A stretch of 64,000 nt of DNA, from positions 1-64,000 of the IMG/VR virus record IMGVR_UViG_3300005405_000008. One strand, given 5' to 3'. Positions within the stretch are counted from its first letter, which is position 1, and every line of letters begins with the position of its first letter. Positions 42,048-52,630 of this stretch are shown piece after piece. Below the pieces are notes generated by a model. The model saw nothing but the letters and a program-made list of their open reading frames with translations, was not told where the DNA came from and searched no databases. This DNA comes from an uncultured virus (IMG/VR IMGVR_UViG_3300005405_000008) (Duplodnaviria; Heunggongvirae; Uroviricota; Caudoviricetes). The position numbers and the translations under genes were made by a program.

Positions 42048-42962
42048 CTATGTAGCACTTTCTATTTTACTTTTTAGTGCATCATATTCTACGATAGTAT
42101 TATCAAAACTAGAATATTTCTTATTTGAAATTTCGCTCATCCAATGATCAATTTCTTGTTTAAATGTTACCATGCCACCCATTTCAGCAGTTTTATAAAT
42201 TTCATAATGAAGTTTAAAGTCATATCTTTGAAGTATTTTTGAAAATTTTCGTATGGTAAGATTATGTATTTTTTCTTCATTTGTTTCATGTAATGCCAAC
42301 ATCACACAAATTATTTGATCTTCTAAGGAAGCCATTTTCTTTTTATGTCTATTTAAAAATTCCTCAGTTTCTTTTAGAACTTCTTCTATTTTTGGATCAA
42401 TATATGAGTCATCATAATCAGGAATATTCTGTTTTAATATTATATTTTTAATATTTTCAAAATCGTTTGCATTAATTACTTCTTCATTTTCATCTTTTTC
42501 AATAATTAAATTGATTTTTCCGGTTTCGCTTTTTCGATAACTAATTTTATTAATTTCAATTTTGCAACATAAATTTAAAACGTCACACAACATCAATGCA
42601 TAATATTTTCCATTGGGATCATTTTCTATTAAATGAAAAATAAAATCTAAATAACTCATAGATATTACTTTTGGGTCAGGAATTTTATTTTTATCAAAGG
42701 ATAAACAATTAACAGACGTGTAAAAACGAAGATAATCAATCATTTTTACTGGATAGATTAATAATATTAGTTTTTCATATTCTTCTTGTAGTTGAGATAA
42801 TTTAGATTTTATTTCTTCATCATTGTTTTCATTAAATGTCTTATTGTTATTTAATTTAATAATTTCATTTTCAATTTCTTGTCTTCTTTTTAATGATTTT
42901 TCTGACATATAAGGGATGGGTTTATTATAGATTAAATATTGTTCATACTGCGACATATCCAT
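42048..42962 (-). CDS. Conserved morphogenesis protein
   Basis: Between the neck and tail-tube genes; LTIRKF...GMVTFKQEIDHW. Confidence 0.55.
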   Translation of the reverse strand: MDMSQYEQYLIYNKPIPYMSEKSLKRRQEIENEIIKLNNNKTFNENNDEEIKSKLSQLQEEYEKLILLIYPVKMIDYLRFYTSVNCLSFDKNKIPDPKVISMSYLDFIFHLIENDPNGKYYALMLCDVLNLCCKIEINKISYRKSETGKINLIIEKDENEEVINANDFENIKNIILKQNIPDYDDSYIDPKIEEVLKETEEFLNRHKKKMASLEDQIICVMLALHETNEEKIHNLTIRKFSKILQRYDFKLHYEIYKTAEMGGMVTFKQEIDHWMSEISNKKYSSFDNTIVEYDALKSKIESAT

Positions 42963-42963
42963 A

Positions 42964-43488
42964 CTAAACTACCCTAGTACACAAGATGATTCGATAACCA
43001 GAAATATAATCATTATAGGCAATTAATGAGATTCTTTCTTTTTCAAGATTAAGAAGACCTATGCCTTCAACATTAGTACCATTAAGTGAAATTAAAAGTT
43101 CATTTAGCAATGCTAAAGGACGAATTCTTGAATCAACTAAATCCCATAAATCATTATGTAAAATTATATCTATTGCTAAATAAACTTTTCCCAAAACCCT
43201 AGTCTCAATATCAAAACTTGCAGGATATATACGTAGTTCTGTTTGCTCTTTTATTATTGTTTTATTAATGTATGGTTGAAAGTATATTCTACGATTATCT
43301 TTATTTATTGGATTTGAGTCTATTAAAATATATCTATCTTCATCTGTTAAAGAATAAGATAAAGCATTTTCATCGTTGTATTTTAAAAGTTTGCATATAT
43401 TATCATTTTGTATAATATAGCTTGTTAAATAATTGATTATTTTTTCCACACCATTAAGTTCAACATAATCAACAAATTTATTTGACAT
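42964..43488 (-). CDS. Putative tail terminator / neck protein
   Basis: Synteny; ICKLLKY...IDIILH...GIGLL. Confidence 0.5.
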   Translation of the reverse strand: MSNKFVDYVELNGVEKIINYLTSYIIQNDNICKLLKYNDENALSYSLTDEDRYILIDSNPINKDNRRIYFQPYINKTIIKEQTELRIYPASFDIETRVLGKVYLAIDIILHNDLWDLVDSRIRPLALLNELLISLNGTNVEGIGLLNLEKERISLIAYNDYISGYRIILCTRVV

Positions 43489-43545
43489 CTATCACCACCA
43501 ACCTAACAAATTAAATTTATTATATTAACCATTATTAATCACAAC

Positions 43546-44820
43546 CTAAATAATCCCCTTCAAATCCACATTTTTCTCAACAAAGATTCCATGATTACTC
43601 CTCAAATATGCCCTCAAAGTAATCGTATGCGGATATCCAAGACACTTCAAATTAACAGAATTTACACTTCCATTAATAATCGTCAACAAATACTTGTTTA
43701 TAGGCACATCCCCAACCACTTCGAAATCAAATTCCTCACTAACAATTTCAACAGAATTATTATATCTCTTTGCGACATATATAGCAGTTTGATTCAATTT
43801 AATAGAATCATTCCCCACCAAGCTATAACTATAATTATCCACAACACCTGAAATCACATCTATACTTATCAAATCACTAATTTCCTCATCATCTGCTAAT
43901 TTAACAGTTATATCCACATTCCCTTCACTTAAAAATGTACATAATCCTGTAGAATTAATTGTGCAGATTGAAGTATTACTTGATTCGTATAATAGTGATG
44001 GATTAGGGGAGAGGACTGTTGAGATATTGTTTATTGTGCGTGTTATTTGAACTTGGATTTGAAGTTCGGTAGAAATATCTTGTTGGAGATTTGGGGTGTT
44101 TAGGATTTGGAGGGAGTAACTAGCAATTCTATTATAATAATTTGCAATCATTAATTCTGCATTATCATTTGGAGATATTTCTGCTCCTAATTCTTGAAGA
44201 TTCAAGATAATTAAACCATATTTATAACTATCATTAACTTTTATAACTTTATATCCAATAGGATTATTAGAATTATTACTAATTAAAAATTTATCATCTC
44301 TACGAATTTCAAGTGTATTGTCGTTACGAGGTAATGTAATAATATAATTTGAATCACCAACAATAATGTATTTATTCTCTTGAATTCCCTCTGTGAAAGA
44401 TTTTCTATCTTCTAGTACTCCCCAAGCACTTACAACTAAACCATCTTGATTTACCCATTTTAACTCATAATTACAAAATTCAATCAAACCATTGTTCCAA
44501 TATGTATCTTGTTGATCAATCTTAGTACATAACCATTTTTTATTTTCCCAATTGATTATTTCTCCTTGAGATAATAATTGTCCTGGTTTCATATTAATTT
44601 GTTTTTTTGAAATATCTGCATCATAACTTTTTTCGTCAGTTATCCATGCATCAAATTTTGTAATATAATCCTCATTTTTTGTAATTTGATAATAGGATGG
44701 AGAAGTGTAGAAAGAATCGTTGATGTTGTCTAGTAAGGAGTTTACATATTCATCTTTGATTGATAATCCATTTGAAGATATTCTTTTATTATAATTACTA
44801 ATTAAATCATTTAAACCCAT
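43546..44820 (-). CDS. Head-closure/neck protein with a C-terminal Ig-like domain
   Basis: GEIINWENKKWLC...CNYELKW; YESSNTSICTINSTGL (Big_2-like). Confidence 0.6.
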   Translation of the reverse strand: MGLNDLISNYNKRISSNGLSIKDEYVNSLLDNINDSFYTSPSYYQITKNEDYITKFDAWITDEKSYDADISKKQINMKPGQLLSQGEIINWENKKWLCTKIDQQDTYWNNGLIEFCNYELKWVNQDGLVVSAWGVLEDRKSFTEGIQENKYIIVGDSNYIITLPRNDNTLEIRRDDKFLISNNSNNPIGYKVIKVNDSYKYGLIILNLQELGAEISPNDNAELMIANYYNRIASYSLQILNTPNLQQDISTELQIQVQITRTINNISTVLSPNPSLLYESSNTSICTINSTGLCTFLSEGNVDITVKLADDEEISDLISIDVISGVVDNYSYSLVGNDSIKLNQTAIYVAKRYNNSVEIVSEEFDFEVVGDVPINKYLLTIINGSVNSVNLKCLGYPHTITLRAYLRSNHGIFVEKNVDLKGII

Positions 44821-44821
44821 T

Positions 44822-45301
44822 TTAAATGCTACCTCCACTAGATCCTTGCAAATTATTAGGGTCTTTATGGTAGGTATACATAATCATATCTTGTATTAAA
44901 CTATTTTTTGCATTATTTACTGTTTCCCTATTCTCTTTTATATGATTTGCTTGTGAGTGAACTAAATAATTTTTTCCATAAACTATTTGATTAAGATGTT
45001 TATTTTTTTGTAATTGAAATTCAAGATAAGGAATAACCATACCTCTTGCAACAAATGTTATTTCTTGCATAATAAAACTATCTGCAAATTCACCAATTGA
45101 TAATATATCATTATCATCTACCGTAGTTGGTGTATAACTATTTAAATCTATATATAGGTAGTCCCCACATATTCCTATTGATCTATATAGATATTTTGAT
45201 AATTCCATGGCAAGCTCATTTGGAGTGTAATTTGTCACAAACCTTGAATCATCTATGATCAATAAGAACTGTTCAAAAAAAACATCAAAAGGCGTTGCCA
45301 T
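44822..45301 (-). CDS. Putative head-tail adaptor
   Basis: MATPFDVFFEQFL...HSQANH; second gene after the capsid gene. Confidence 0.55.
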   Translation of the reverse strand: MATPFDVFFEQFLLIIDDSRFVTNYTPNELAMELSKYLYRSIGICGDYLYIDLNSYTPTTVDDNDILSIGEFADSFIMQEITFVARGMVIPYLEFQLQKNKHLNQIVYGKNYLVHSQANHIKENRETVNNAKNSLIQDMIMYTYHKDPNNLQGSSGGSI

Positions 45302-45327
45302 AGAATCATCCTCACCTTTCTTTTATC

Positions 45328-46062
45328 TTAACCAATGTATTTATTAGCAAATTCTTGAATATTAATTCCAAATGCATTATTAATAATTTCCCATTTATTT
45401 TTGTCCATAAATTTAGGATTACTTTTAGAGACATTGGAAACAATCAAAGATAAAGCTGATTCTTGCATCGGTTCTGATAAAGATTTAATTTTCTCTACAA
45501 TTTTTTGTGCATCCAATTCAATAATATTCTCAAGTTCTTCTTTGGAGATATCGTACTTATTATAACTTTCTTTTAAATATAAAGCTTCTACAGCATCATC
45601 GTCATTTAAGATTCTTATTTCTAGTTTTTCAAAATAACTTCTGTATTTTGATGCTAAACTTTCGACATCTTCAAAACGAGCATGTTGAATATGACCAAAA
45701 TGATTAAATCTAATTGGTTTGTTACTATGTGTTGTAAAAGTTCCTCCAGCGTGCATCATATTCATTAATAAAATTCTTTTAGTATGATCAATATTTACAT
45801 ACGCTTGAAAACCTTTATCTTTTTCTTGTTTTTGAGGTTTCGCTATTTGTTTTTCATATTCAATAATTTCTTCATTCGTTTTTTCTTCTTTTTTTATTTG
45901 AGAAGATAGAAATTGTTCCATCATAAGAGTAAGATTATTTATTTTATTTTCCAACTCTTTGTTCTTTAAAATTAATTCTGATTCAAGAGAATGTGCAGAT
46001 GTTTCAGAAACAATTGAAGTCTCTGTTGTAGTATTCGAAACATTAGATGGTTGTTTTGCCAT
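45328..46062 (-). CDS. Conserved hypothetical protein downstream of the capsid gene
   Basis: AAAGGAG SD before ATG 46062. Confidence 0.6.
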   Translation of the reverse strand: MAKQPSNVSNTTTETSIVSETSAHSLESELILKNKELENKINNLTLMMEQFLSSQIKKEEKTNEEIIEYEKQIAKPQKQEKDKGFQAYVNIDHTKRILLMNMMHAGGTFTTHSNKPIRFNHFGHIQHARFEDVESLASKYRSYFEKLEIRILNDDDAVEALYLKESYNKYDISKEELENIIELDAQKIVEKIKSLSEPMQESALSLIVSNVSKSNPKFMDKNKWEIINNAFGINIQEFANKYIG

Positions 46063-46159
46063 ATTTTTATTTAATTCTCCTTTGGCTATATGTATTTTAT
46101 TTAAAATATTTATATAAAAAGACACCTGAATAAACAAGTGTCTTTTTATAATTTAAATA

Positions 46160-47266
46160 CTACGACACTTTGACCATGCCATAATATGACGCAGAGGCTA
46201 ATTTTATTTCCCACTTGTCTGTAATAGTATAAGAACGAGTATCGTCACTATTTTCAAAGTCACGAGATTGTCGAATGGTCATTTTCCCTTCCATTGCCAT
46301 CTTCGCGATTTTATCAACAGCAGAACTTATCAAAACAATATAGTTATTATCTATTGCGAAATCATAAGCAGAATTTGGTTTAATAGATTGCTCCAAACGA
46401 ATTGTCGGAATCCCAAATGGTGCTTGAATATATCCGACATCAACATACTCTTGCCCAAGTTGCATTTTCATGAAATCTGAGGTTGGCAAAATTTTATTTA
46501 ATGCTGTTTTAGTACCAATAGTAACACAAGGAGAACCGTTTGCTCCAGAAACTCTTTCCGCGAGTTGAATATATGAATCTTGTGCAAAAGTAGATTCTTT
46601 AAAATTAGTTCCAATGGTAGTGTATCCACCATAAACAATGTCAATAACTTCTTGTTGCATTTTAGTACGGAAAGATTTAACTACTTGATTAATCAACCAA
46701 CCCCAGTCATACATACCAGAAGATACACGATAAATATCAATTTTAACTCCAGCTTTCTTAACTTTAGGAGTAAGAGTAACATCTTCTTCCCACAATGTTT
46801 GAAAATGTACACTTCTCACACCATTTGCAACCGTAGAAACAGACAATAAATGGTTACTTGGAATATGGAAGGTGTACGAGTCACCGTCTGCAAACGATTT
46901 TACCTCACAGAAGTTTAAAGCTTGTTCAATTTCAGTTTTTGCATTAATTTTATTTAATGTTTCTTCCAAAACAGAAAAATAAGCACGTTCAAAATTTTGG
47001 AAAGTAAATGCTTCAATTAAAGGGAAACGTTCTTTATCTAATCCAGAAATTTCATATGCTTCATCTGCCATCATATTACCGAACATAATATTTTTGTCTT
47101 TTAATGGAATTACATATCCACTTGCATCTTTAGTATTTGCAAAAGTAGAATAATGAATATTTCTACCTCCCACATTTTCTTTCTCATAAAGATGATGCTT
47201 ATATAATTCCACACCCAATTCTACTGCGGCTACTTGTTTCTTAGAAAATCTAGCAATTCTATTCAT
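46160..47266 (-). CDS. Major capsid protein
   Basis: 368 aa, follows the scaffold and decoration genes, GTKTALNKI motif, followed by a terminator-like hairpin (46117-46147). Confidence 0.8.
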   Translation of the reverse strand: MNRIARFSKKQVAAVELGVELYKHHLYEKENVGGRNIHYSTFANTKDASGYVIPLKDKNIMFGNMMADEAYEISGLDKERFPLIEAFTFQNFERAYFSVLEETLNKINAKTEIEQALNFCEVKSFADGDSYTFHIPSNHLLSVSTVANGVRSVHFQTLWEEDVTLTPKVKKAGVKIDIYRVSSGMYDWGWLINQVVKSFRTKMQQEVIDIVYGGYTTIGTNFKESTFAQDSYIQLAERVSGANGSPCVTIGTKTALNKILPTSDFMKMQLGQEYVDVGYIQAPFGIPTIRLEQSIKPNSAYDFAIDNNYIVLISSAVDKIAKMAMEGKMTIRQSRDFENSDDTRSYTITDKWEIKLASASYYGMVKVS

Positions 47267-47305
47267 AATTATTTATCATTCCTTTCATTATTTTATTTAA
47301 TATTT

Positions 47306-47830
47306 TTATACGCCTTTAACTACACGAATAATTGTTGCGTCTACCATAGTCTTACCAGTAAAAATATTACAAGTTGCAGTTCCAGTTTCTTCAACAATAA
47401 AAGCAACTCTTGTATTACCAGTTAAATCTGCTGCGGCTGCATATTGGAATGTTCCATTGACTGGAATTACATATTGTCCAACAACAGGAGATCCATCAAT
47501 TCCAGCAGTATTAACCTTAAATCTCATACCAGCGCGTAGGCGATATGCCCTAACAGGTCTGGTGGCAGGATAAGTAAAACTTGCTTTGTTGTGCAAGGGA
47601 ACCCTCATTCCATTAGCATCAACATAAACCTCTGCTCCAACAACCATTACTACCTCTTCAGTTGTTACGGCAGCAGGTACAGCAATAAGATATAAATCTC
47701 TCTCTCCACTTACCAAACCTGTTAATTTTCCAAGATAACCATCATCAAGCGGAAGAGTTGCGTTTTGTACACTTAAAACGTCTGCATCAAAAGATGCCTC
47801 ATTCATGAATTCAACAATATTATAAGCCAT
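47306..47830 (-). CDS. Capsid decoration/cement protein
   Basis: Between the scaffold and capsid genes; FTYPATRPVRAYRL. Confidence 0.6.
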   Translation of the reverse strand: MAYNIVEFMNEASFDADVLSVQNATLPLDDGYLGKLTGLVSGERDLYLIAVPAAVTTEEVVMVVGAEVYVDANGMRVPLHNKASFTYPATRPVRAYRLRAGMRFKVNTAGIDGSPVVGQYVIPVNGTFQYAAAADLTGNTRVAFIVEETGTATCNIFTGKTMVDATIIRVVKGV

Positions 47831-47858
47831 TATTAATCAATCCTTTCTTTTTTAAAAA

Positions 47859-49691
47859 TTATTTTTGTACTTGAGGAACATACTCAGATATATAAGAAGT
47901 CCAATGTTCATTATTGGTCTTTACTTCTTCATTTGTTACAGGTGGCAATCCTAAACGTGAATATGTAGAAATATCTTTCCCTTTAATTTCTGATTCATAT
48001 TTATCACATACAAAAGCTTTAACTTCTTTTTCAAAATCTTCCACAGAGGAAAATTTTTCTAATTTAGAAAATAGTTCTGTTCTTTCTTCCTCGCTTATCT
48101 TCTTAGAATATTTTGCAAGAATAGTTTCTGCCTCAGACTCTTTTTTGTCTTTTGCAAACTTAGTAATATCAGATTTTAAAGCTTCTACTTCTGTTTCTTT
48201 TAATGAATATTTCTCTTTAAGTTCATCCAATTCTTGACCAATTTTAAGAATAGATTCATCCTTTTGAGATATTTTTTCTGAAAATTCATTTTTCTCAATA
48301 GCAAACTTTTCATTTGCTTCGGTTAACTCATTTACTTTTAAGGTATATTGTTCTTCCATCTTTGCCTTGTCACATGTCATAGTTTCTTCCATTGTAGATT
48401 TTTCGGATGCCATTTTATCCATGATAGAAGCAACCATTTGTTGAATCATATCTGTTTCAGGAATTTCTCCCTCATCATCTCCGTCAACCAACCATACTTG
48501 AGTAGAAATTGCCTTTTTGTAATTTGCAAAATCAAGCTTAAATGTATTTTCCTCCATAGTATAAGGAATAGCTTTATGCATACTTGACTTATAATCATAG
48601 ATAAAAACATATTTATCAGACCAATCGGATATCCAACAATCTAATCCGGCACTTTTGCATTGATCTTCAAAAATACCTTCAATTTGATTAGATGTCATAC
48701 CATTTAATAGCGCGAATTCTGTTTTATTAAATCCCACATCTGTACCCTCACTTTCTATAAAATTTTCTGTTGATAATCCCAAAATCTTATAATATTTGCT
48801 CAATTTATTTTTTGCAGATTGATAATTAGGATCATCTGTATTTTTCTCAAGATAAGATAATGCCGATTCACATCCTTTAACTGATAAAATTAACGTATTA
48901 TCTTTTATCATACATATTGGATATTTAAGTTTTTCACTAGGGGCATCTTCGTATCCTGGTAATACCATTAAATAGCATTTTTTGACTAATATTTTATAAT
49001 TGCTTGCTCCCATAATCTTATCTCTTAAAGAAATTTTATCAACTTCTGACCAAGATGTATCAAAATCAGTAGATTCTTTAGTTAAGTTTATTTTTAATCT
49101 ATAAATATTGTTATTTTCTTTTTCCGAAAAACTTTCAATTGTTTTACTAACAAAAATTGCATACTTTTCTCTTGGTTTGTTTAAAACTTCAAGATGAGCA
49201 AGTCCCATTCCTTGGGTATATTTATCACCTAAAATAGTAATACACTGATATATCCATTTTTTAAATCTAAATTTACCATTAGAAAGTTTTTCTTTTTCTA
49301 AAACTTCAATTTCTATGCTGATTTTTTTTGTTTCGCTTTTCAGAACGTTTTCTGCTTCCTTGTTTAAGTATTCCTTTTGGATAATACCTTTTGCAACAGC
49401 ATATATTTTATTTTCATATTCTTCATAAGAATATTCACAATCAGCAAAACTTAATAATCCACCCATGGGATATTCTTTAGGGTCATGTTCTCCAAAATCT
49501 TTTCCTTTAAAATACCCACAAATAGGAGTATATCCTATTGTGTCTTTATTGTTTTCATAGTCTTCCTTTAAAAGAACTGAACCATTAGCGTTTTCTCCGA
49601 TTAAACCAAAATAAAATTTACAAGTTATAAATCTTGGATCATCTTCTATAATAGTAAACCTATCACAATTAAATTTTACAATTTCATTCAC
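47859..49691 (-). CDS. Prohead protease/scaffold protein
   Basis: GENANGS...PICG...KKISIEIEV...CITILG protease-like N-terminus and an acidic coiled-coil C-terminus. Confidence 0.75.
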   Translation of the reverse strand: MNEIVKFNCDRFTIIEDDPRFITCKFYFGLIGENANGSVLLKEDYENNKDTIGYTPICGYFKGKDFGEHDPKEYPMGGLLSFADCEYSYEEYENKIYAVAKGIIQKEYLNKEAENVLKSETKKISIEIEVLEKEKLSNGKFRFKKWIYQCITILGDKYTQGMGLAHLEVLNKPREKYAIFVSKTIESFSEKENNNIYRLKINLTKESTDFDTSWSEVDKISLRDKIMGASNYKILVKKCYLMVLPGYEDAPSEKLKYPICMIKDNTLILSVKGCESALSYLEKNTDDPNYQSAKNKLSKYYKILGLSTENFIESEGTDVGFNKTEFALLNGMTSNQIEGIFEDQCKSAGLDCWISDWSDKYVFIYDYKSSMHKAIPYTMEENTFKLDFANYKKAISTQVWLVDGDDEGEIPETDMIQQMVASIMDKMASEKSTMEETMTCDKAKMEEQYTLKVNELTEANEKFAIEKNEFSEKISQKDESILKIGQELDELKEKYSLKETEVEALKSDITKFAKDKKESEAETILAKYSKKISEEERTELFSKLEKFSSVEDFEKEVKAFVCDKYESEIKGKDISTYSRLGLPPVTNEEVKTNNEHWTSYISEYVPQVQK

Positions 49692-49737
49692 ATATTCACC
49701 ACCTCTCTATTCATGAATTTAATTAAACTTAATAAAT

Positions 49738-50181
49738 TTAAGTCCCAATCGCAACCCAGGAAACTGAAGCAAATGTTGAAGTCGCTGCTATAGGAGTAGC
49801 ATCATTTGCTGCAGTCGGTTTCCAAGACTTAATTCTAATGCTACCAGCTATTGGTGCATTCGTTTGATTACCTACAGTAGCAGTTGAATACATATGTGTT
49901 AAACTTGGGTCACCAACTAAAGATACAACAACACCTGCAACAGTAGTTAGTCCAGTAGCAATATCTTTGCTAGCGGCATCTATAGTTGCTGTGCCATATG
50001 CAATCTTATATCCTGCTGCCACACCTGTAGTTAATAAATTAATTTGTGCTGCTGTTTTTGTCACTCCATCGAGGATATTTAATTCAGCACCAGTCGCGGT
50101 AATTGCAACACCATCTGCTAATTTTAAACTATCAATTTTTAATTCTGTTACACTATCACCGTTGTAATAATTTGAACTCAT
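49738..50181 (-). CDS. Putative head fibre / minor structural protein
   Basis: TATGAELNILDGVT repeat motif and a C-terminal WVAIG (gp53-like). Confidence 0.55.
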   Translation of the reverse strand: MSSNYYNGDSVTELKIDSLKLADGVAITATGAELNILDGVTKTAAQINLLTTGVAAGYKIAYGTATIDAASKDIATGLTTVAGVVVSLVGDPSLTHMYSTATVGNQTNAPIAGSIRIKSWKPTAANDATPIAATSTFASVSWVAIGT

Positions 50182-50214
50182 TATTATTCCTCCTTTTTTT
50201 ATATTTTTAAAGAA

Positions 50215-50412
50215 TTAATTACAAAAATTAAATTCTTTAATCCACATTAATAAATCATTACTTTTTATAAAAATCCAATATGGTTTATTTTTTTTATAAC
50301 CGTTATTAATAGAATAAATTCCTTTTTTTATTAAAAGGTCTTTTAACTTATAATTATCACAATAAAATATTTCATTTTCATCAAAAGTTTCTTCTATATT
50401 TTTTACAAACAT
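50215..50412 (-). CDS. Small hypothetical protein
   Basis: FYCDNYKLKDLL...PYWIFIKSNDL. Confidence 0.55.
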   Translation of the reverse strand: MFVKNIEETFDENEIFYCDNYKLKDLLIKKGIYSINNGYKKNKPYWIFIKSNDLLMWIKEFNFCN

Positions 50413-50414
50413 AG

Positions 50415-50960
50415 TTAATCATCTTCTTTATCAGAAATTAAAATTAAATCAGGAATCAAAAGATTATCTGCATTATTATCCATCATCATCCAAGAAAATT
50501 TATCATCGCCATACATTTCTGCTTTATCAACTAATAAAAGAGCTTGGTTTGTGTAAATACCTATTTTAAATAAAAAATTATTTAAAAATTTCTTAGTCAT
50601 CTTATCTTCTTCATCTGATGCCATTTCTATAGTATCTTTTATTAATTCTTCCAATTTTAATTGATAATCTAAATACCTTTTAAAAGCTTCTAATGGAGAA
50701 TTATACTCTGTCATATCTTCAATTGTTGCTAAATATCCACTCATCTGATTTCTACTGTGCATATAGTCGACAACTTCATCTGCTAAAAGAGGATATTGAT
50801 GATCCAAAGGTACATGTAATATTTTTTCTGTTTTTGTCATAACTAATGGAACAGCTAGATTATCCATAATTCTATCGAGTATACGATTTCCATCAAATAG
50901 AAATTTTACAATTAATCTCAAATTTTCCATTAATCCTTGACTCAACAAACTTTTTGACAT
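50415..50960 (-). CDS. Ferritin-like four-helix protein
   Basis: EYNSPLEAFKRYLDYQLKLEELIKDTIEMASDEEDKMTKKFLNNF resembles ferritin helices C-D. Confidence 0.55.
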   Translation of the reverse strand: MSKSLLSQGLMENLRLIVKFLFDGNRILDRIMDNLAVPLVMTKTEKILHVPLDHQYPLLADEVVDYMHSRNQMSGYLATIEDMTEYNSPLEAFKRYLDYQLKLEELIKDTIEMASDEEDKMTKKFLNNFLFKIGIYTNQALLLVDKAEMYGDDKFSWMMMDNNADNLLIPDLILISDKEDD

Positions 50961-50977
50961 ATAATATTCACCTTCCT

Positions 50978-52573
50978 TTAATCTGTAATTTTATTTTCAT
51001 TCGAACCAGCATCTAAAGTTATCTCTCCAGCATCTCCTAAATTTACTCCCGATTCTTCCGCAGTTGGTTTTCCTCCTTTATTATCTTTACTACTTAAAGT
51101 ATGACTACTCATAAGTGGTTTAATGTTTTTTCTCAAACCAAGAACATCCATCATACCATTCATACCATCTAATTCAAAAGGTTGATAATCCATAGATGCC
51201 ATCCATTTAATATAGTTACTATCATCATATTGAATCGCTTCTTTTAATTCTTTTTGAGTGTCCTTAATACTAAATTTATCCCCAAAAAGTTTTATAGCAA
51301 ATTTATGTTTTCCTGTTTTTTGAGCTAACTGTGCATTTATAAACCTTTCAAAAATCGGATAAAGATGGGAAACAAAATTAACATCTGTTTCTAAACTTGC
51401 TTTTATAGCTGACGCACTTTTTGCATCGCTATTCCCCATTATATTGGCATTTACTCCAGCATTTTCCCAAAATTTTGCGTTAGTTTGAGAACCAAGAATA
51501 TTAATAAATTGATTATCTGAAACTCTTAATTCTTGTGCGTCTAATGGACTTCCAAATGCTACCGCACCATAAGGGAGAGATGCTTGAGCTGTTGCAACCC
51601 AATTTGCAATTAATTTAGAATCAATTGATGGTTTACCATCTTTATCTAAAGGAGATTTCATATATATCAATTTCCATGTGTCAAGTAATGTTTTTGTTTT
51701 TAATAATTTCTTATATTCTTGAACATCCAAAGCATCTTTAAATAATGACCTTAAAGGGTTTAATCTTGCTGCTTTTGTATCATCAAATAAAAATACCACA
51801 CTTTTTTCAGGTGGCATTTGTTTATAATATTGAATTCCTTTGTTTGTCTGATAATCTACATAAAAATCATCAAACCATTCTACAAATTCTGGAGCATAAT
51901 CTGCTAAAGCTTGAGGTGTTCTTAGAAAAAAAGTCATATTAAAAGAAAATGTATATCCTAAACTAGTTTTACCATCTATCACAGACCATTGAGGTGGCAT
52001 TTCCTGTAAATCTATAAAATCGGAAGATTCTCTAACATAATAATACTTTCCACCTTCTCTAATAATACCTAACATTACATTTTGAAGTTGTTCTTTCACT
52101 CTAAATTTTCTTAACCAAGTCAATGCCTTACTATATGATTTTTTAAAAGAAGATAAATCTTTTTTATCTGTTGGAATAGAAGTTACTGGATATATATAAT
52201 AATTAAACGTTAATAATGTTGCAAAATGATAAATCGTTCTTTCATATTGCATCACTACCCCTTCAAGATATTGTGATAAACTACTTAGTTGTTGTTCAAA
52301 TTGTTGAGGGTATATTAACCAATTTTCAATATCTGATGATGAAGGTTTATAAGGAGCAATATTTATATCTTTCATTAAACTATTCGCATACATTGGTATA
52401 TAATATGGATTTTCTCTAATTTGTTGTAATGTAGAAAAAAGAGTATTAGCATAATTACGCATAAATTGTTCTGGTGATGTTTCTGTGTTTATAGAAGAAG
52501 GTAAGGAGGAAGGAGTATTAATTATTGTTTTTTGAATTGGTATTGATTGATGTTGTTTTTTTCTTCGTGCCAA
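50978..52573 (-). CDS. Portal protein
   Basis: 531 aa, directly after the large terminase; C-terminal PLMSSHTLS...GGKP. Confidence 0.8.
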   Translation of the reverse strand: MARRKKQHQSIPIQKTIINTPSSLPSSINTETSPEQFMRNYANTLFSTLQQIRENPYYIPMYANSLMKDINIAPYKPSSSDIENWLIYPQQFEQQLSSLSQYLEGVVMQYERTIYHFATLLTFNYYIYPVTSIPTDKKDLSSFKKSYSKALTWLRKFRVKEQLQNVMLGIIREGGKYYYVRESSDFIDLQEMPPQWSVIDGKTSLGYTFSFNMTFFLRTPQALADYAPEFVEWFDDFYVDYQTNKGIQYYKQMPPEKSVVFLFDDTKAARLNPLRSLFKDALDVQEYKKLLKTKTLLDTWKLIYMKSPLDKDGKPSIDSKLIANWVATAQASLPYGAVAFGSPLDAQELRVSDNQFINILGSQTNAKFWENAGVNANIMGNSDAKSASAIKASLETDVNFVSHLYPIFERFINAQLAQKTGKHKFAIKLFGDKFSIKDTQKELKEAIQYDDSNYIKWMASMDYQPFELDGMNGMMDVLGLRKNIKPLMSSHTLSSKDNKGGKPTAEESGVNLGDAGEITLDAGSNENKITD

Positions 52574-52630
52574 AATTTCACCTCATTTCTGTGAATATTA
52601 TTTATGTATTTGTAATTTTTATTTGTTTTT

